Translations under genes and position numbers: made by a program
In this document: positions 1 to 8,468 of the stretch, one piece after another
Position numbering within the stretch: position 1 is the stretch's first letter
How the letters are laid out: the number at the start of each line of letters is the position of its first letter
The notes under the pieces: model-generated
Seen by the model: the letters and a program-made list of their open reading frames with translations, nothing else
The model's database searches: none
What the model was told of the DNA's origin: nothing
DNA from: Betaproteobacteria bacterium
Lineage (GTDB): Bacteria; Pseudomonadota; Gammaproteobacteria; Burkholderiales; SG8-41
Reading direction: 5' to 3'
DNA: 29,619 nucleotides
Assembly: GCA_028292065.1 (NCBI GenBank)
Contig: JAQGNC010000477.1
Coordinates: 1 to 29,619, forward strand

Positions 1-72
1 GTGTCTTGCTACACGGCGTGGAGTGCGCTTCGATCACGCCGGCGCGCGTGTTTCAATCCCGGTTCCACACCG

Positions 73-1941
73 ATGACCCGACCCGCTGACGGAGCACGCC
101 GCTACGCGATAGGCGCCGAAGCCGACGGCGCGGGCGCGACCTCGTTCAGGGTGTGGGCGCCCGGGCGCAGGCGCGTCTCGGTCGTCGTCGACGGCGAGCC
201 GGACTTCGATCTCGTCCCCGACGCGGGAGGTTATTTTTCAGGCACGCGCAGTCGGACGCCCGCGGGCACGCTCTACAGCCTGCGCCTGGACGAGGAAGCG
301 CAGCGCTACCCCGATCCCGCATCGCGGTTTCAGCCGCACGGTCACGACGGCCCCTCGCAGGTCGTCGACCCCGACGCCTACCGCTGGAGCGACGCGGCAT
401 GGACAGGCGTGGACGCGCACGACGCGGTCGTCTACGAAATGCACATCGGCACGTTCACGCCCGAAGGCTCGTGGCGCGCGGCTGCCGCGCAACTGGGCTG
501 GCTCGCCGATATCGGGATCACCACGCTCGAATTGATGCCGGTGGGCGAATTCCCGGGACGCTTCGGCTGGGGTTACGACGTGGTCCATTTCTTCGCCCCG
601 ACCCGGCTTTACGGCATGCCTGACGACATGCGCGCTTTCGTCGACGACGCTCACCGGCTGGGCCTGGGCGTGATACTCGACGTGGTTTACAACCACTGCG
701 GCACGCTGGGCTGTTTCCTGCCGGCGTACAGCGACGATTATTTCAGCACGCGCTATCGCAACGACTGGGGACACGCGCTCAATTTCGACGGTAAGGACGC
801 GCACGCGGTGCGCGAGTTCTTCCTCGCGAACGTCGAGTACTGGATCAGCGAATTCCATCTCGACGGTTTTCGCTACGACGCGACGCAATCGATGTTCGAC
901 GGCTCGCCGACGCACATCCTCGCGGACATGAACGCGCGCGCTCGTGCAGCGGCGGGGCCGCGGCGGGTGTACCTCGTCGGCGAGAACGAGCCTCAGGACG
1001 CGCGCCTGCTGCGCCAGCCGGCGCACGGCGGCTACGGCCTCGACGCTTTGTGGAACGACGACTTCCATCACACCGCACGGGTCGCGCTGACCGGGCGTAT
1101 CGAAGCGTATTACAGCGACTACCGCGGCACGCCGCAGGAATTCATATCGGCCGCCAAGCGCGGCTTCCTCTACCAGGGCCAGCACTACGGCTGGCAGAAG
1201 AAGAACCGCGGCACGGCGACACGCGGCCTCGACCCGTACCGGTTCATCACGTTTCTGCAGAACCACGACCAGGTCGCGAACTCGGCGCGTGGACGTCGCC
1301 TTCACGAGCTCACGAGCCCTGGGCAACTGCGCGCCGCGACCGCATTGCTGCTGCTCGCGCCGCAGACACCGCTCTTGTTTCAGGGCCAGGAATTCGCCGC
1401 GTCGGCGCCTTTCCTGTATTTCGCCGACAACCCGTCCGAAAATGCCGAGGCGGTGAGGCAAGGACGGGGTGACTTTCTCAGGCAGTTTCAGAGTATTGCG
1501 GCAGGCGGCCACGTCCTGCTGGCCGACCCGGCATCGGTCGAAACATTCGAACGATGCAAGCTCGATCTGTCCGAGCGCGAGACACACGCCGCCGCTGTCG
1601 CGCTGCATCGCGACCTGCTCAGCCTGAGGCACGGCGACCCGGTATTCGCGCGGCATAACGCGGGTGCGCTCGATGGAGCGGTGCTCGGCGAGCAGGCGTT
1701 CGTGTTGCGCTTTTTCGAAGACGCCGACGATGACCGGCTGCTCATCGTGAACTTCGGCGCCGAGCTCGCGCTGTCGCCGCTGCCGGAGCCGCTGCTCGCC
1801 CCGCCGCCGGCCTGCGAATGGAAGCTCGCGTGGTCGAGTGAAGACGTCGCTTACGGCGGCGACGGCACGGCGCCGCCTGAATGCGGCGCGGCGTGGCGCG
1901 TCCCTGCGCATGCCGCGCTGGTCTTCACGATCGAGCGCTGA
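73..1941 (+). CDS. treZ: malto-oligosyltrehalose trehalohydrolase (GH13)
   Basis: Motifs FRVWAP, YPDPASRFQPHG, YEMHIGTFT, WGYD, LDVVYNHCG, GFRYDA (nucleophile Asp), GENE (acid/base Glu), WNDDFHH, QNHDQVAN. The ORF is open from position 1, but ATG at 73 (MTRPADG) is the more plausible start. Confidence 0.9.
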   Translation: MTRPADGARRYAIGAEADGAGATSFRVWAPGRRRVSVVVDGEPDFDLVPDAGGYFSGTRSRTPAGTLYSLRLDEEAQRYPDPASRFQPHGHDGPSQVVDPDAYRWSDAAWTGVDAHDAVVYEMHIGTFTPEGSWRAAAAQLGWLADIGITTLELMPVGEFPGRFGWGYDVVHFFAPTRLYGMPDDMRAFVDDAHRLGLGVILDVVYNHCGTLGCFLPAYSDDYFSTRYRNDWGHALNFDGKDAHAVREFFLANVEYWISEFHLDGFRYDATQSMFDGSPTHILADMNARARAAAGPRRVYLVGENEPQDARLLRQPAHGGYGLDALWNDDFHHTARVALTGRIEAYYSDYRGTPQEFISAAKRGFLYQGQHYGWQKKNRGTATRGLDPYRFITFLQNHDQVANSARGRRLHELTSPGQLRAATALLLLAPQTPLLFQGQEFAASAPFLYFADNPSENAEAVRQGRGDFLRQFQSIAAGGHVLLADPASVETFERCKLDLSERETHAAAVALHRDLLSLRHGDPVFARHNAGALDGAVLGEQAFVLRFFEDADDDRLLIVNFGAELALSPLPEPLLAPPPACEWKLAWSSEDVAYGGDGTAPPECGAAWRVPAHAALVFTIER

Positions 1942-1978
1942 CGCGCGCAGCGTCCAGCGTCTCCAGCCGAAAAGCGCG

Positions 1979-2656
1979 TCAGAAGTCGCAGCCTTTTTCC
2001 CGCAGGCTGCGGTCGACCCAGCGCCGATCCACGGTCCCGCCCGAGCGTATGGTTTCGAGCAGCGCGTTTTCCTCCGCAGCCTGCGCCTGCGCGCGTTCGA
2101 GCACTTCCGCCGCGATGTCGGGTGCAAGCACGATGAGCCCGTCGTCGTCGCCCACGACGATATCGCCGGGATTGACGACCAGGCCGCCGATCGACACGGG
2201 CACGTTGATTTCGCCGGGTCCGTTCTTGTACGGACCGCGGTGCGTCACGCCGCGCGCGTAGACCGGGAAGGGCGACAGCCGCAACGCGTCGGCGTCGCGT
2301 ATCGCGCCGTCGATGACCATGCCGGCGACACCGCGGCTCGCCGCCAGCGAGGACATGATTTCGCCGATGATCGCCTGCTCGAGCACGCCTGCGGCATCGA
2401 CCACGATCACGTCGCCGGGACGCGCGATGTCGATCGCCTTGTGCACCATCAGGTTGTCGCCGGGCGAGGCTTTGACGGTGAGCGCGGGTCCCGCGAACCT
2501 GCCGCCCTTGTGATAAGGGCGCAGTGCTGCTGACACCGAATACAGGCGATTCATATTGTCGCTGAGGTGCGCGGTCGCGGTGCGGGCGAGCTCGTGCACG
2601 AGCGCGGCCGGCGCCGCGGGCGCGAAGGGCATGATGCGAAAACCGATGTTGGCCAT
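1979..2656 (-). CDS. RraA family protein (HMG/CHA aldolase-like)
   Basis: TAHLSD, GPALTVK, GDNLMVHKAID, AIIGEIM, GMVIDGAIRD, PGDIVVGDDDG. Start is ATG 2656 or 2662. Confidence 0.85.
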   Translation of the reverse strand: MANIGFRIMPFAPAAPAALVHELARTATAHLSDNMNRLYSVSAALRPYHKGGRFAGPALTVKASPGDNLMVHKAIDIARPGDVIVVDAAGVLEQAIIGEIMSSLAASRGVAGMVIDGAIRDADALRLSPFPVYARGVTHRGPYKNGPGEINVPVSIGGLVVNPGDIVVGDDDGLIVLAPDIAAEVLERAQAQAAEENALLETIRSGGTVDRRWVDRSLREKGCDF

Positions 2657-2783
2657 GATCAACTTTCAAGAGCGGTGGAAGCCCGCGATTCTAGCCGCAG
2701 CGCCTGCGCGGCGCGCGCAGCGTGCAGCAGTGTGCGATCCGCCGAGTCGAGCGGGTTCGACGGAGGAGGCGGTGGGTGGCGCG

Positions 2784-2792
2784 TGATACAAT
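2784..2792 (+). promoter_or_regulatory. putative extended -10 promoter (TGn-TACAAT) for surE-pcm-nlpD
   Basis: TG-A-TACAAT about 95 nt upstream of the surE ATG; no clear -35. Confidence 0.45.
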
Positions 2793-2885
2793 CGGCCGTG
2801 TTTTCTCTTGCCTTTCAGACATGCAGCGACCTGATCGACAAGCACCATCCATAGATCCAGGTCACCCGCGCTGCAGCGCGACCCC

Positions 2886-3632
2886 ATGCGCATACTGGTG
2901 AGTAACGACGACGGCTACTTCGCGCCGGGCATCACCGTGCTCGCCGCAGCGCTCGCGTCGTGCGCCGAAGTGACCGTGGTCGCACCCGAGCGCGACCGCA
3001 GCGGCTCGAGCAATTCGCTCACGCTCGACCGTCCGCTGTCGGTGCGCCGCGCGGCGAACGGCTTTCTGTATGTCAACGGCACGCCGACCGATTGCGTCCA
3101 CCTCGCGGTCACCGGCTTGCTCGAAGCGCTGCCCGATGTCATCGTGTCCGGAATCAACTACGGTGCGAACATGGGCGACGACACGATCTACTCCGGGACC
3201 GTTGCGGCGGCGACCGAAGGTTTCCTGCTCGGCATCCCGTCGATCGCGATTTCGCTCGTCGCCGAAGGCGGCGGCCATTTCGATACTGCTGCACGCATCG
3301 CGTGCGAGCTCGTCCAGCGTTTCGCTTCACGCCCCCTGAACCAGCCCGTGCTCCTCAACGTCAACGTTCCCGACGTCGCGCACGCGGATGTACGAGGCGT
3401 CGCCGTGACCCGGCTCGGCAAGCGCCACAAGGCCGAGCCCGTGGTGAAGTCGACCACGCCGCGAGGCGAGGTGGTCTACTGGGTCGGCGCCGCCGGCGGC
3501 GCTCAGGATGCGGGCGCCGGAACCGATTTTCACGCCGTCGCTAACGGTATGGTGTCGATTACGCCGCTGCAGGTGGATCTCACGCGCTATTCGCAGATGC
3601 AGACGGTCACCGACTGGCTGGACGGCGCATGA
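2886..3632 (+). CDS. surE: 5'/3'-nucleotidase SurE
   Basis: [55 protein letters not shown]. Confidence 0.97.
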   Translation: MRILVSNDDGYFAPGITVLAAALASCAEVTVVAPERDRSGSSNSLTLDRPLSVRRAANGFLYVNGTPTDCVHLAVTGLLEALPDVIVSGINYGANMGDDTIYSGTVAAATEGFLLGIPSIAISLVAEGGGHFDTAARIACELVQRFASRPLNQPVLLNVNVPDVAHADVRGVAVTRLGKRHKAEPVVKSTTPRGEVVYWVGAAGGAQDAGAGTDFHAVANGMVSITPLQVDLTRYSQMQTVTDWLDGA

Positions 3633-4300
3633 CGCGCCAGCACAGCGGCATCGGCATGACCTCGCAGCGCACCCGCATGCGCATGGTCGAGCGCCTGCGC
3701 GAGCAGGGCATCCGCGACGAAGTCGTCCTCGCGGTGATGGGGGAGGTGCCCAGGCACCTTTTCGTCGACGAGGCGCTCGCGAGCCGTGCGTACGAAGACA
3801 TCTCGCTGCCGCTCGGTTTCGGCCAGACGATTTCGAGTCCCTATACCGTGGCGCGCATGACCGAGCTCGCGCGCAGCGGCGGTGCGCTGACCAAGGTGCT
3901 CGAGATCGGAACCGGCTGCGGTTACCAGGCGACGGTGCTGTCCCGCTTGGCGAAAGAGGTGTACTCGATCGAACGTATCGCGGGATTGCTCGCCAAGGCC
4001 CGCAAGCACTTTCGCGAGTTGCGCGCGCTCAACGTGAGGCTGCGTCACGGCGACGGTCACGCGGGTATGCCGGAGGCCGCGCCTTTCGACGCGATCGTCA
4101 TGACCGCGGCCGCGACCCACGTGCCCCGCGAGCTCATGGAGCAGCTGGCGGTGGGTGCTAGAATGATTTTGCCGATGGCGCAGACCGGTGAGCAGCGAGG
4201 CGAGCAGCGTCTGTGCATGATCGAACGATCCCCGCACGGCTACGTCGAAAAGAAAATGGATATCGTCAAGTTTGTGCCGTTGCTGCCCGGCGTCGCGTAA
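3629..4300 (+). CDS. pcm: protein-L-isoaspartate O-methyltransferase
   Basis: [47 protein letters not shown] overlap with surE; conserved surE-pcm-nlpD order. Confidence 0.96.
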   Translation: MTRQHSGIGMTSQRTRMRMVERLREQGIRDEVVLAVMGEVPRHLFVDEALASRAYEDISLPLGFGQTISSPYTVARMTELARSGGALTKVLEIGTGCGYQATVLSRLAKEVYSIERIAGLLAKARKHFRELRALNVRLRHGDGHAGMPEAAPFDAIVMTAAATHVPRELMEQLAVGARMILPMAQTGEQRGEQRLCMIERSPHGYVEKKMDIVKFVPLLPGVA

Positions 4301-4307
4301 AGCCGCT

Positions 4308-5336
4308 GTGTCTTCCTCATCTAGAACGTTTGCGCTGTGCGTGTTCGCGGTTGTGCTTGCCGCGGGCTGCGTATCCAATCGCCCCGCGCCTGTGGTCGAG
4401 CGCGCGGTTCCGGGCCGGCAGAGCGCGCCGGTCGCAGCCTCGCCCATCCCGCCTTCCGGAAGCCGTCCGGCGCCTGCGCGTAGCGCCGAGTCGCGGCCCG
4501 ACTCGTATACGGTCAAACCCGGAGACACCCTTTACAGCATCGCGCTCGAGCACGGCCTCGACTATCGCGAGCTCGCGCTGTGGAACGGTCTCGACAACCC
4601 CGGCGCGCTGAAAATCGGGATGCAGCTGCGCCTGTCAGCGCCCGGTGCAGTGGCCGGCGCACCCGGCGCAGTCGTCGCGGCGCCGCTGAGGATGCCCGGC
4701 GGCAGCGTGGAAGCGCGCCCGCTCGGCACCGGTCCCTCACCGGCGCCGTCCGCGGCAGCGCCTGTTGGCGGCGCAGCCGCTTCGGGGACGGTGCTGACCG
4801 AGCCCAAAGGGGTGCGCGTGCCGTATTCCGAGCAGGCGCTCGCGCAGGTCGCGAGGCCTGAACCTGCCGCGCCCGCACGAACCGAAACCCCGAGAGCGGA
4901 AGCGCCGAAGGCCGCCGAAGCGCGTGCAGACGCGAAAGCCGAAGCGGGCGACGCCGCGCGCGGCCCTGAAGACGTCGACTGGTCGTGGCCGGTCAAAGGC
5001 AAGGTCATCGGGACTTTCAACGACGCGTCGAGCAAAGGCATCGCGATCGCCGGCAAGCTCGGTCAACCGGTGCTCGCGAGCGCGCCGGGCAGGGTCATCT
5101 TCAGCGGGACCGGCATCCGCGGCTTCGGCAAGCTCATCGTCATCAAGCACAACAACACCTACCTGAGCGTGTACGCGCACAACAGCGAGCTCAACGTGAA
5201 GGAAGGCCAGTCGGTGACCAAAGGCCAGAAGATCGCCGAGATGGGCAGCACCGATGCCGACCAGGTGAAGCTGCACTTCGAAATCCGCCGCTTCGGAAAA
5301 CCGGTCGACCCGGTCAAGCTCCTGCCGCCTGCTTGA
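4308..5336 (+). CDS. nlpD: NlpD-like lipoprotein (LysM + M23 domain)
   Basis: Lipobox LAAGC, LysM YTVKPGDTLYSIA, Pro/Ala linker, M23 region WSWPVKG, YAHNS, LHFEIR. GTG start at 4308 inferred; the ORF is open from 4272. Confidence 0.92.
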   Translation: MSSSSRTFALCVFAVVLAAGCVSNRPAPVVERAVPGRQSAPVAASPIPPSGSRPAPARSAESRPDSYTVKPGDTLYSIALEHGLDYRELALWNGLDNPGALKIGMQLRLSAPGAVAGAPGAVVAAPLRMPGGSVEARPLGTGPSPAPSAAAPVGGAAASGTVLTEPKGVRVPYSEQALAQVARPEPAAPARTETPRAEAPKAAEARADAKAEAGDAARGPEDVDWSWPVKGKVIGTFNDASSKGIAIAGKLGQPVLASAPGRVIFSGTGIRGFGKLIVIKHNNTYLSVYAHNSELNVKEGQSVTKGQKIAEMGSTDADQVKLHFEIRRFGKPVDPVKLLPPA

Positions 5337-5361
5337 GTGCAGCGTTGCAGCACTCAAGCAG
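5329..5361. terminator. 12-bp stem hairpin spanning the nlpD stop codon
   Basis: CTGCTTGAGTGC (5329-5340) pairs with GCACTCAAGCAG (5350-5361), 9-nt loop. No U-tract, so terminator function is uncertain. Confidence 0.5.
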
Positions 5362-5372
5362 AGGGATAAGAG

Positions 5373-5525
5373 ATAGCGGCGATAGCTGCATAAGGGGCCC
5401 TCAACGCGGCGAACTACGCAGCCGCACTGAAGCAGCGCCGCATATGAATAAATAGCGGCGATAGCCGCCTAAGGGGGCCCTTAAACGCGGCGAGGTGCGG
5501 CGAAGCCGCGCCGAAGCAGCGGCGT
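5373..5525. repeat. two diverged ~79-bp direct repeats with internal palindromes
   Basis: Unit 1 starts at 5373 (ATAGCGGCGATAGCTGCATAAGGGGCCCTCAACGCGGCGA...GAAGCAGCG). Unit 2 starts at 5452 (ATAGCGGCGATAGCCGCCTAAGGGGGCCCTTAAACGCGGCGA...GAAGCAGCG). Confidence 0.8.
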
Positions 5526-5530
5526 ACCTT

Positions 5531-7468
5531 TCAGGCTTCGAACTCCCGCGCCAGCTTCTTCAGGCGGCCGACATTCTCCCCGCTCGCATCGCCATAGCGC
5601 AGCGCTACGTACAGCGCGACGAACTCGCGCACCGCGGCTTCGAGATCCGGGCGCACGCGGGCGATCCTCAGGGCGTAAGCGAGCGGGCCTTCCGCGGGGT
5701 CGCGTGCGAGTCCGCGGCGCGCGAGCTTGGCGCAAAAAGCCGCGTAAGCCCGGCTCACCGGATCGTGCACTCGCACGCGCAGGCGCCGCAGGGTGACGAA
5801 CGCGAGGACGAGCACGATGAGGCCTGTCGTCGCGAGCAGCAGCCCGGCGAGCGTGCGCCACGTCGCATCCTCGAGTCCCGCACGGGAGAGGAGGGCGCGC
5901 TGGCGCTCGGGGGTGTAGCCGAGCACCCACTGGTTCCAGCTGTTGGCCATCGAGTCCCACGTGAGCCGCATGCGCCGCAGCACCAGGTTGTCGTGCATGA
6001 AAAGCGGCAGCGCGCTCGCCGCCGCGGTCGCGCCGATACCCTGCTCGACACGCGCCGGCGACACCGCCGCGGTCGGATCAACCCTGACCCAGCCGCGGCC
6101 TCGCAGCCAGACTTCACCCCACGCGTGCGCATCGGCCTGGCGCACGATCACGTAATCGCCGATCGGGTTGGTCTCCCCGCCGAGGTAACCGGTGACCACG
6201 CGCGCCGGTATGCCCGCGGCGCGCATGAGCACGACGAACGCCGACGAGTAGTGCTCGCAGAATCCGCTGCGCGTGTTGAAAAGGAAATCGTCGACGCTGT
6301 TGTCGCCGAGTCGCGGCGGCGCGAGCGTGTAGCTGAAGCCTTCGGACCGGAACATCGCGAAAGCCGCCTGCATCACCGCCTCGTCCGTGCCGTGCTGGCG
6401 CCTCAGGCGCTGGGCGAGCTCGAGCGTGCGCGGTTTGTAGCCGGCAGGCAGCGCGAGGTTGCGCTTCAGCACCTGATCGGACTCGTCGAGCCCGTAGCTG
6501 TAATCCAGGAAAGACGTCATGTCATACCGCACTCGCGCCGTGACCGGCTCCGGCGAGAGCAGCTGGAAGTCCGACGTGGCGAGCGCGCGCGGCGGCAGAC
6601 GACCCGGCAGGTCGAGGGCGAAAAGCCACATCTTGCCGTGGGGCTCGACGGTCACGGTGTAGTCGACGGGGTAGAACTCGGTGTTGTACGAAGGACGCGC
6701 GTAGCGTGTGCGCGGCGCCCGCCAGGTGCGCCCGTCGTAATCCCAGAGCACCGGACCCCGCCAGTACAGCCTGTTCAGCTCGGGCACACGCCCTTTGAAG
6801 ACCACTCGAAAAGCGACCGCGTCGGAAAGCGTGAGCTGGCTCACACTGCCGGGCGCCATGGTGTCGGAGAGCCCGCTCGATGCGCGCTGACTGTCGGTGG
6901 GCATGCCCCAGAGCGGCCCTTGCACGCGCGGGAAAAGCACGAACAGCACCAGCATGAGCGGTGTCGCCTGCACCAGCAGCACGGCCGAGGTGCGCAACTG
7001 CGGACCGACGCTGCGCGGTGCGCGCGAATAGTGGATCCCGATCATGCCGGCGGTGATGAACCATACGCACGCGAGCATGTAGAGCGCAGTCGGTATGGTC
7101 TGCGAGTACAGGAAATTGGTGATGACGAGGAAGTAGGCGAGGAAGATGAGCAGCATCGCGTCGCGCACCGTGCGCATTTCCAGCAGCTTCAGCGTCAGCA
7201 TCACCACCAGGAGCGCCACGCCGGCGTCGCGGCCGAAAAGCGTCGCATACTGCAGATACACCCCCGCGCTCGCGGCGGCGACGATGACGATGAGCAGCGC
7301 GCGGTGCGGCAGCTCGCGCCGGGTGCGCGCCAGATAAAGCCTCCACGTGATGAGCAGAGCGGCGAGCAGACTCACCCATGTCGCCAGGCGCTCGGCGTGC
7401 GGCGCCGCGACGAGTGCGAGCGATACCGTCAGCCACACCGTGTCACGCAGCTCGAGGCGCTCTCTCAT
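5531..7468 (-). CDS. DUF3488 + transglutaminase-like membrane protein (TgpA-like)
   Basis: N-terminal multi-TM region, LFVLFPR, SGLSDTMAPG, LYWRGPVL, catalytic Cys-His-Asp in GFCEHY / DAHAWGEV / VRVDPT. ATG 7468 overlaps the DUF58 stop (ATGA); the longer ORF start at 7900 is spurious. Confidence 0.9.
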   Translation of the reverse strand: MRERLELRDTVWLTVSLALVAAPHAERLATWVSLLAALLITWRLYLARTRRELPHRALLIVIVAAASAGVYLQYATLFGRDAGVALLVVMLTLKLLEMRTVRDAMLLIFLAYFLVITNFLYSQTIPTALYMLACVWFITAGMIGIHYSRAPRSVGPQLRTSAVLLVQATPLMLVLFVLFPRVQGPLWGMPTDSQRASSGLSDTMAPGSVSQLTLSDAVAFRVVFKGRVPELNRLYWRGPVLWDYDGRTWRAPRTRYARPSYNTEFYPVDYTVTVEPHGKMWLFALDLPGRLPPRALATSDFQLLSPEPVTARVRYDMTSFLDYSYGLDESDQVLKRNLALPAGYKPRTLELAQRLRRQHGTDEAVMQAAFAMFRSEGFSYTLAPPRLGDNSVDDFLFNTRSGFCEHYSSAFVVLMRAAGIPARVVTGYLGGETNPIGDYVIVRQADAHAWGEVWLRGRGWVRVDPTAAVSPARVEQGIGATAAASALPLFMHDNLVLRRMRLTWDSMANSWNQWVLGYTPERQRALLSRAGLEDATWRTLAGLLLATTGLIVLVLAFVTLRRLRVRVHDPVSRAYAAFCAKLARRGLARDPAEGPLAYALRIARVRPDLEAAVREFVALYVALRYGDASGENVGRLKKLAREFEA

Positions 7469-8409
7469 ACGAGCGCGAGCGCTTCGAGACAGCGGTCGCG
7501 GTGCGCTTCTCCGCTGCCGATGTCGATCGTGGCGTGCGGCAGCTTCAGGCCGTAAGCGATGCGCTGCGCATGCGCATCGAGGATCCAGCGCGTGAGCCGC
7601 GAGAGCTTTTCTTCGAGACCGAGCGCCTGCGGCACGAGGTCGAGGGTCAACCAGAGCTCGGAAGGGGCGATCCCGGCGAACTGCTTGGTGAGCAGCACCT
7701 GTTCGCGCGCCGCGGTCTTCCAGGCGATGTGCCGCGGCGAGTCTCCGGGACGGTACTCGCGCAGTCCCGCGAAGTCGTCGTGCCCCTGGCCGTGTCCCGC
7801 GCCTTGCGCGCCGCTCGCCTGCAGCGGCGGCAAAGGCAACCCCGGCGGCGCGGGACGGGGGTAGACGAGGCAGTGCGTGTCGAGCTCGACGTACGACCAC
7901 GCGTAGTAGATGCCCACGGGAAAACGCGTGTACAGCGTGAGCCGCCCGGGACTGAGCCTGCCGCGGCGCTCGGCCGGAACGCTCGCGATCGCGATGGCGT
8001 CACCGGCGGCGGGTACGTCGACGACGTGCGCATCGGTTTTGTCGCGGGTCAGGGCGACGCTGTAGCGCGGCGTGCGCGTCGGATTGCGCAAAGACACCCC
8101 GAAGCGCGCGGTCTCGCCTGCGAAGACCGACGCGGTCTTCGCCGCGGCGACGTGCAGCCCCGCGAGATTGCGGAAGGTGTGGATCATCGCAGCGATGCCC
8201 ACGCCCGCGAGCAGGAAAGTCAGGATGAAGCCGAGGCTCAGCTGATAGTTGATCGAGCCGGTCAGCATCAGCACGAGCACGAACGCGAACACCGCGCCCG
8301 CGCGCGTGGGCAGGATGAAGATGCGCCTCTGCACGAGCACCACTTCCCCGCGCTCGGGGCCGCGCAGCTGGAACAGCCATCGGGTAAGCGGTTTGAGGAG
8401 GGCGGGCAT
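7465..8409 (-). CDS. DUF58 domain-containing protein
   Basis: RRIFILPTRAG, two TM helices, DDFAGLREYRPGDSPRHIAWK. Lies between MoxR and the transglutaminase. Confidence 0.9.
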   Translation of the reverse strand: MPALLKPLTRWLFQLRGPERGEVVLVQRRIFILPTRAGAVFAFVLVLMLTGSINYQLSLGFILTFLLAGVGIAAMIHTFRNLAGLHVAAAKTASVFAGETARFGVSLRNPTRTPRYSVALTRDKTDAHVVDVPAAGDAIAIASVPAERRGRLSPGRLTLYTRFPVGIYYAWSYVELDTHCLVYPRPAPPGLPLPPLQASGAQGAGHGQGHDDFAGLREYRPGDSPRHIAWKTAAREQVLLTKQFAGIAPSELWLTLDLVPQALGLEEKLSRLTRWILDAHAQRIAYGLKLPHATIDIGSGEAHRDRCLEALALV

Positions 8410-8435
8410 TCAGGATTCAGGAATCAGGATTCAGC
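8408..8435. repeat. 4 x 7-bp tandem repeat (AWTCAGG)
   Basis: ATTCAGG ATTCAGG AATCAGG ATTCAGC. One inverted copy (CCTGATT) at 8464-8470 overlaps the MoxR stop. Confidence 0.85.
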
Positions 8436-8468
8436 ATGCAGAGGCAGAACCGCGATACGCGTGCCTGA

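Noticed and set aside
1-90. Possible 3' end of an upstream glycogen/trehalose gene overlapping the treZ start
   Set aside because: Two frames end near the treZ start, but neither short peptide is identifiable from this fragment.
4187-4210. 12-nt in-frame duplication (GEQR-GEQR) in pcm, and a similar AILR duplication near the permease N-terminus (24075-24107)
   Set aside because: Small slippage-type duplications in variable segments with no evident functional consequence.
5329-5361. Possible CIRCE (HrcA operator), because GAGTGC-N9-GCACTC is present
   Set aside because: The half-sites are in the reverse order to CIRCE (TTAGCACTC-N9-GAGTGCTAA), lack the TTA/TAA flanks, and are not upstream of a chaperone gene.
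5531-7900. ORF-track N-terminal extensions (transglutaminase from 7900, alaC from 9461, nadC from 14966, Mth938 from 10036, treZ from 1)
   Set aside because: The extensions overlap neighbouring genes or repeats and are low-complexity; family-typical N-termini begin at the downstream starts given in the features.
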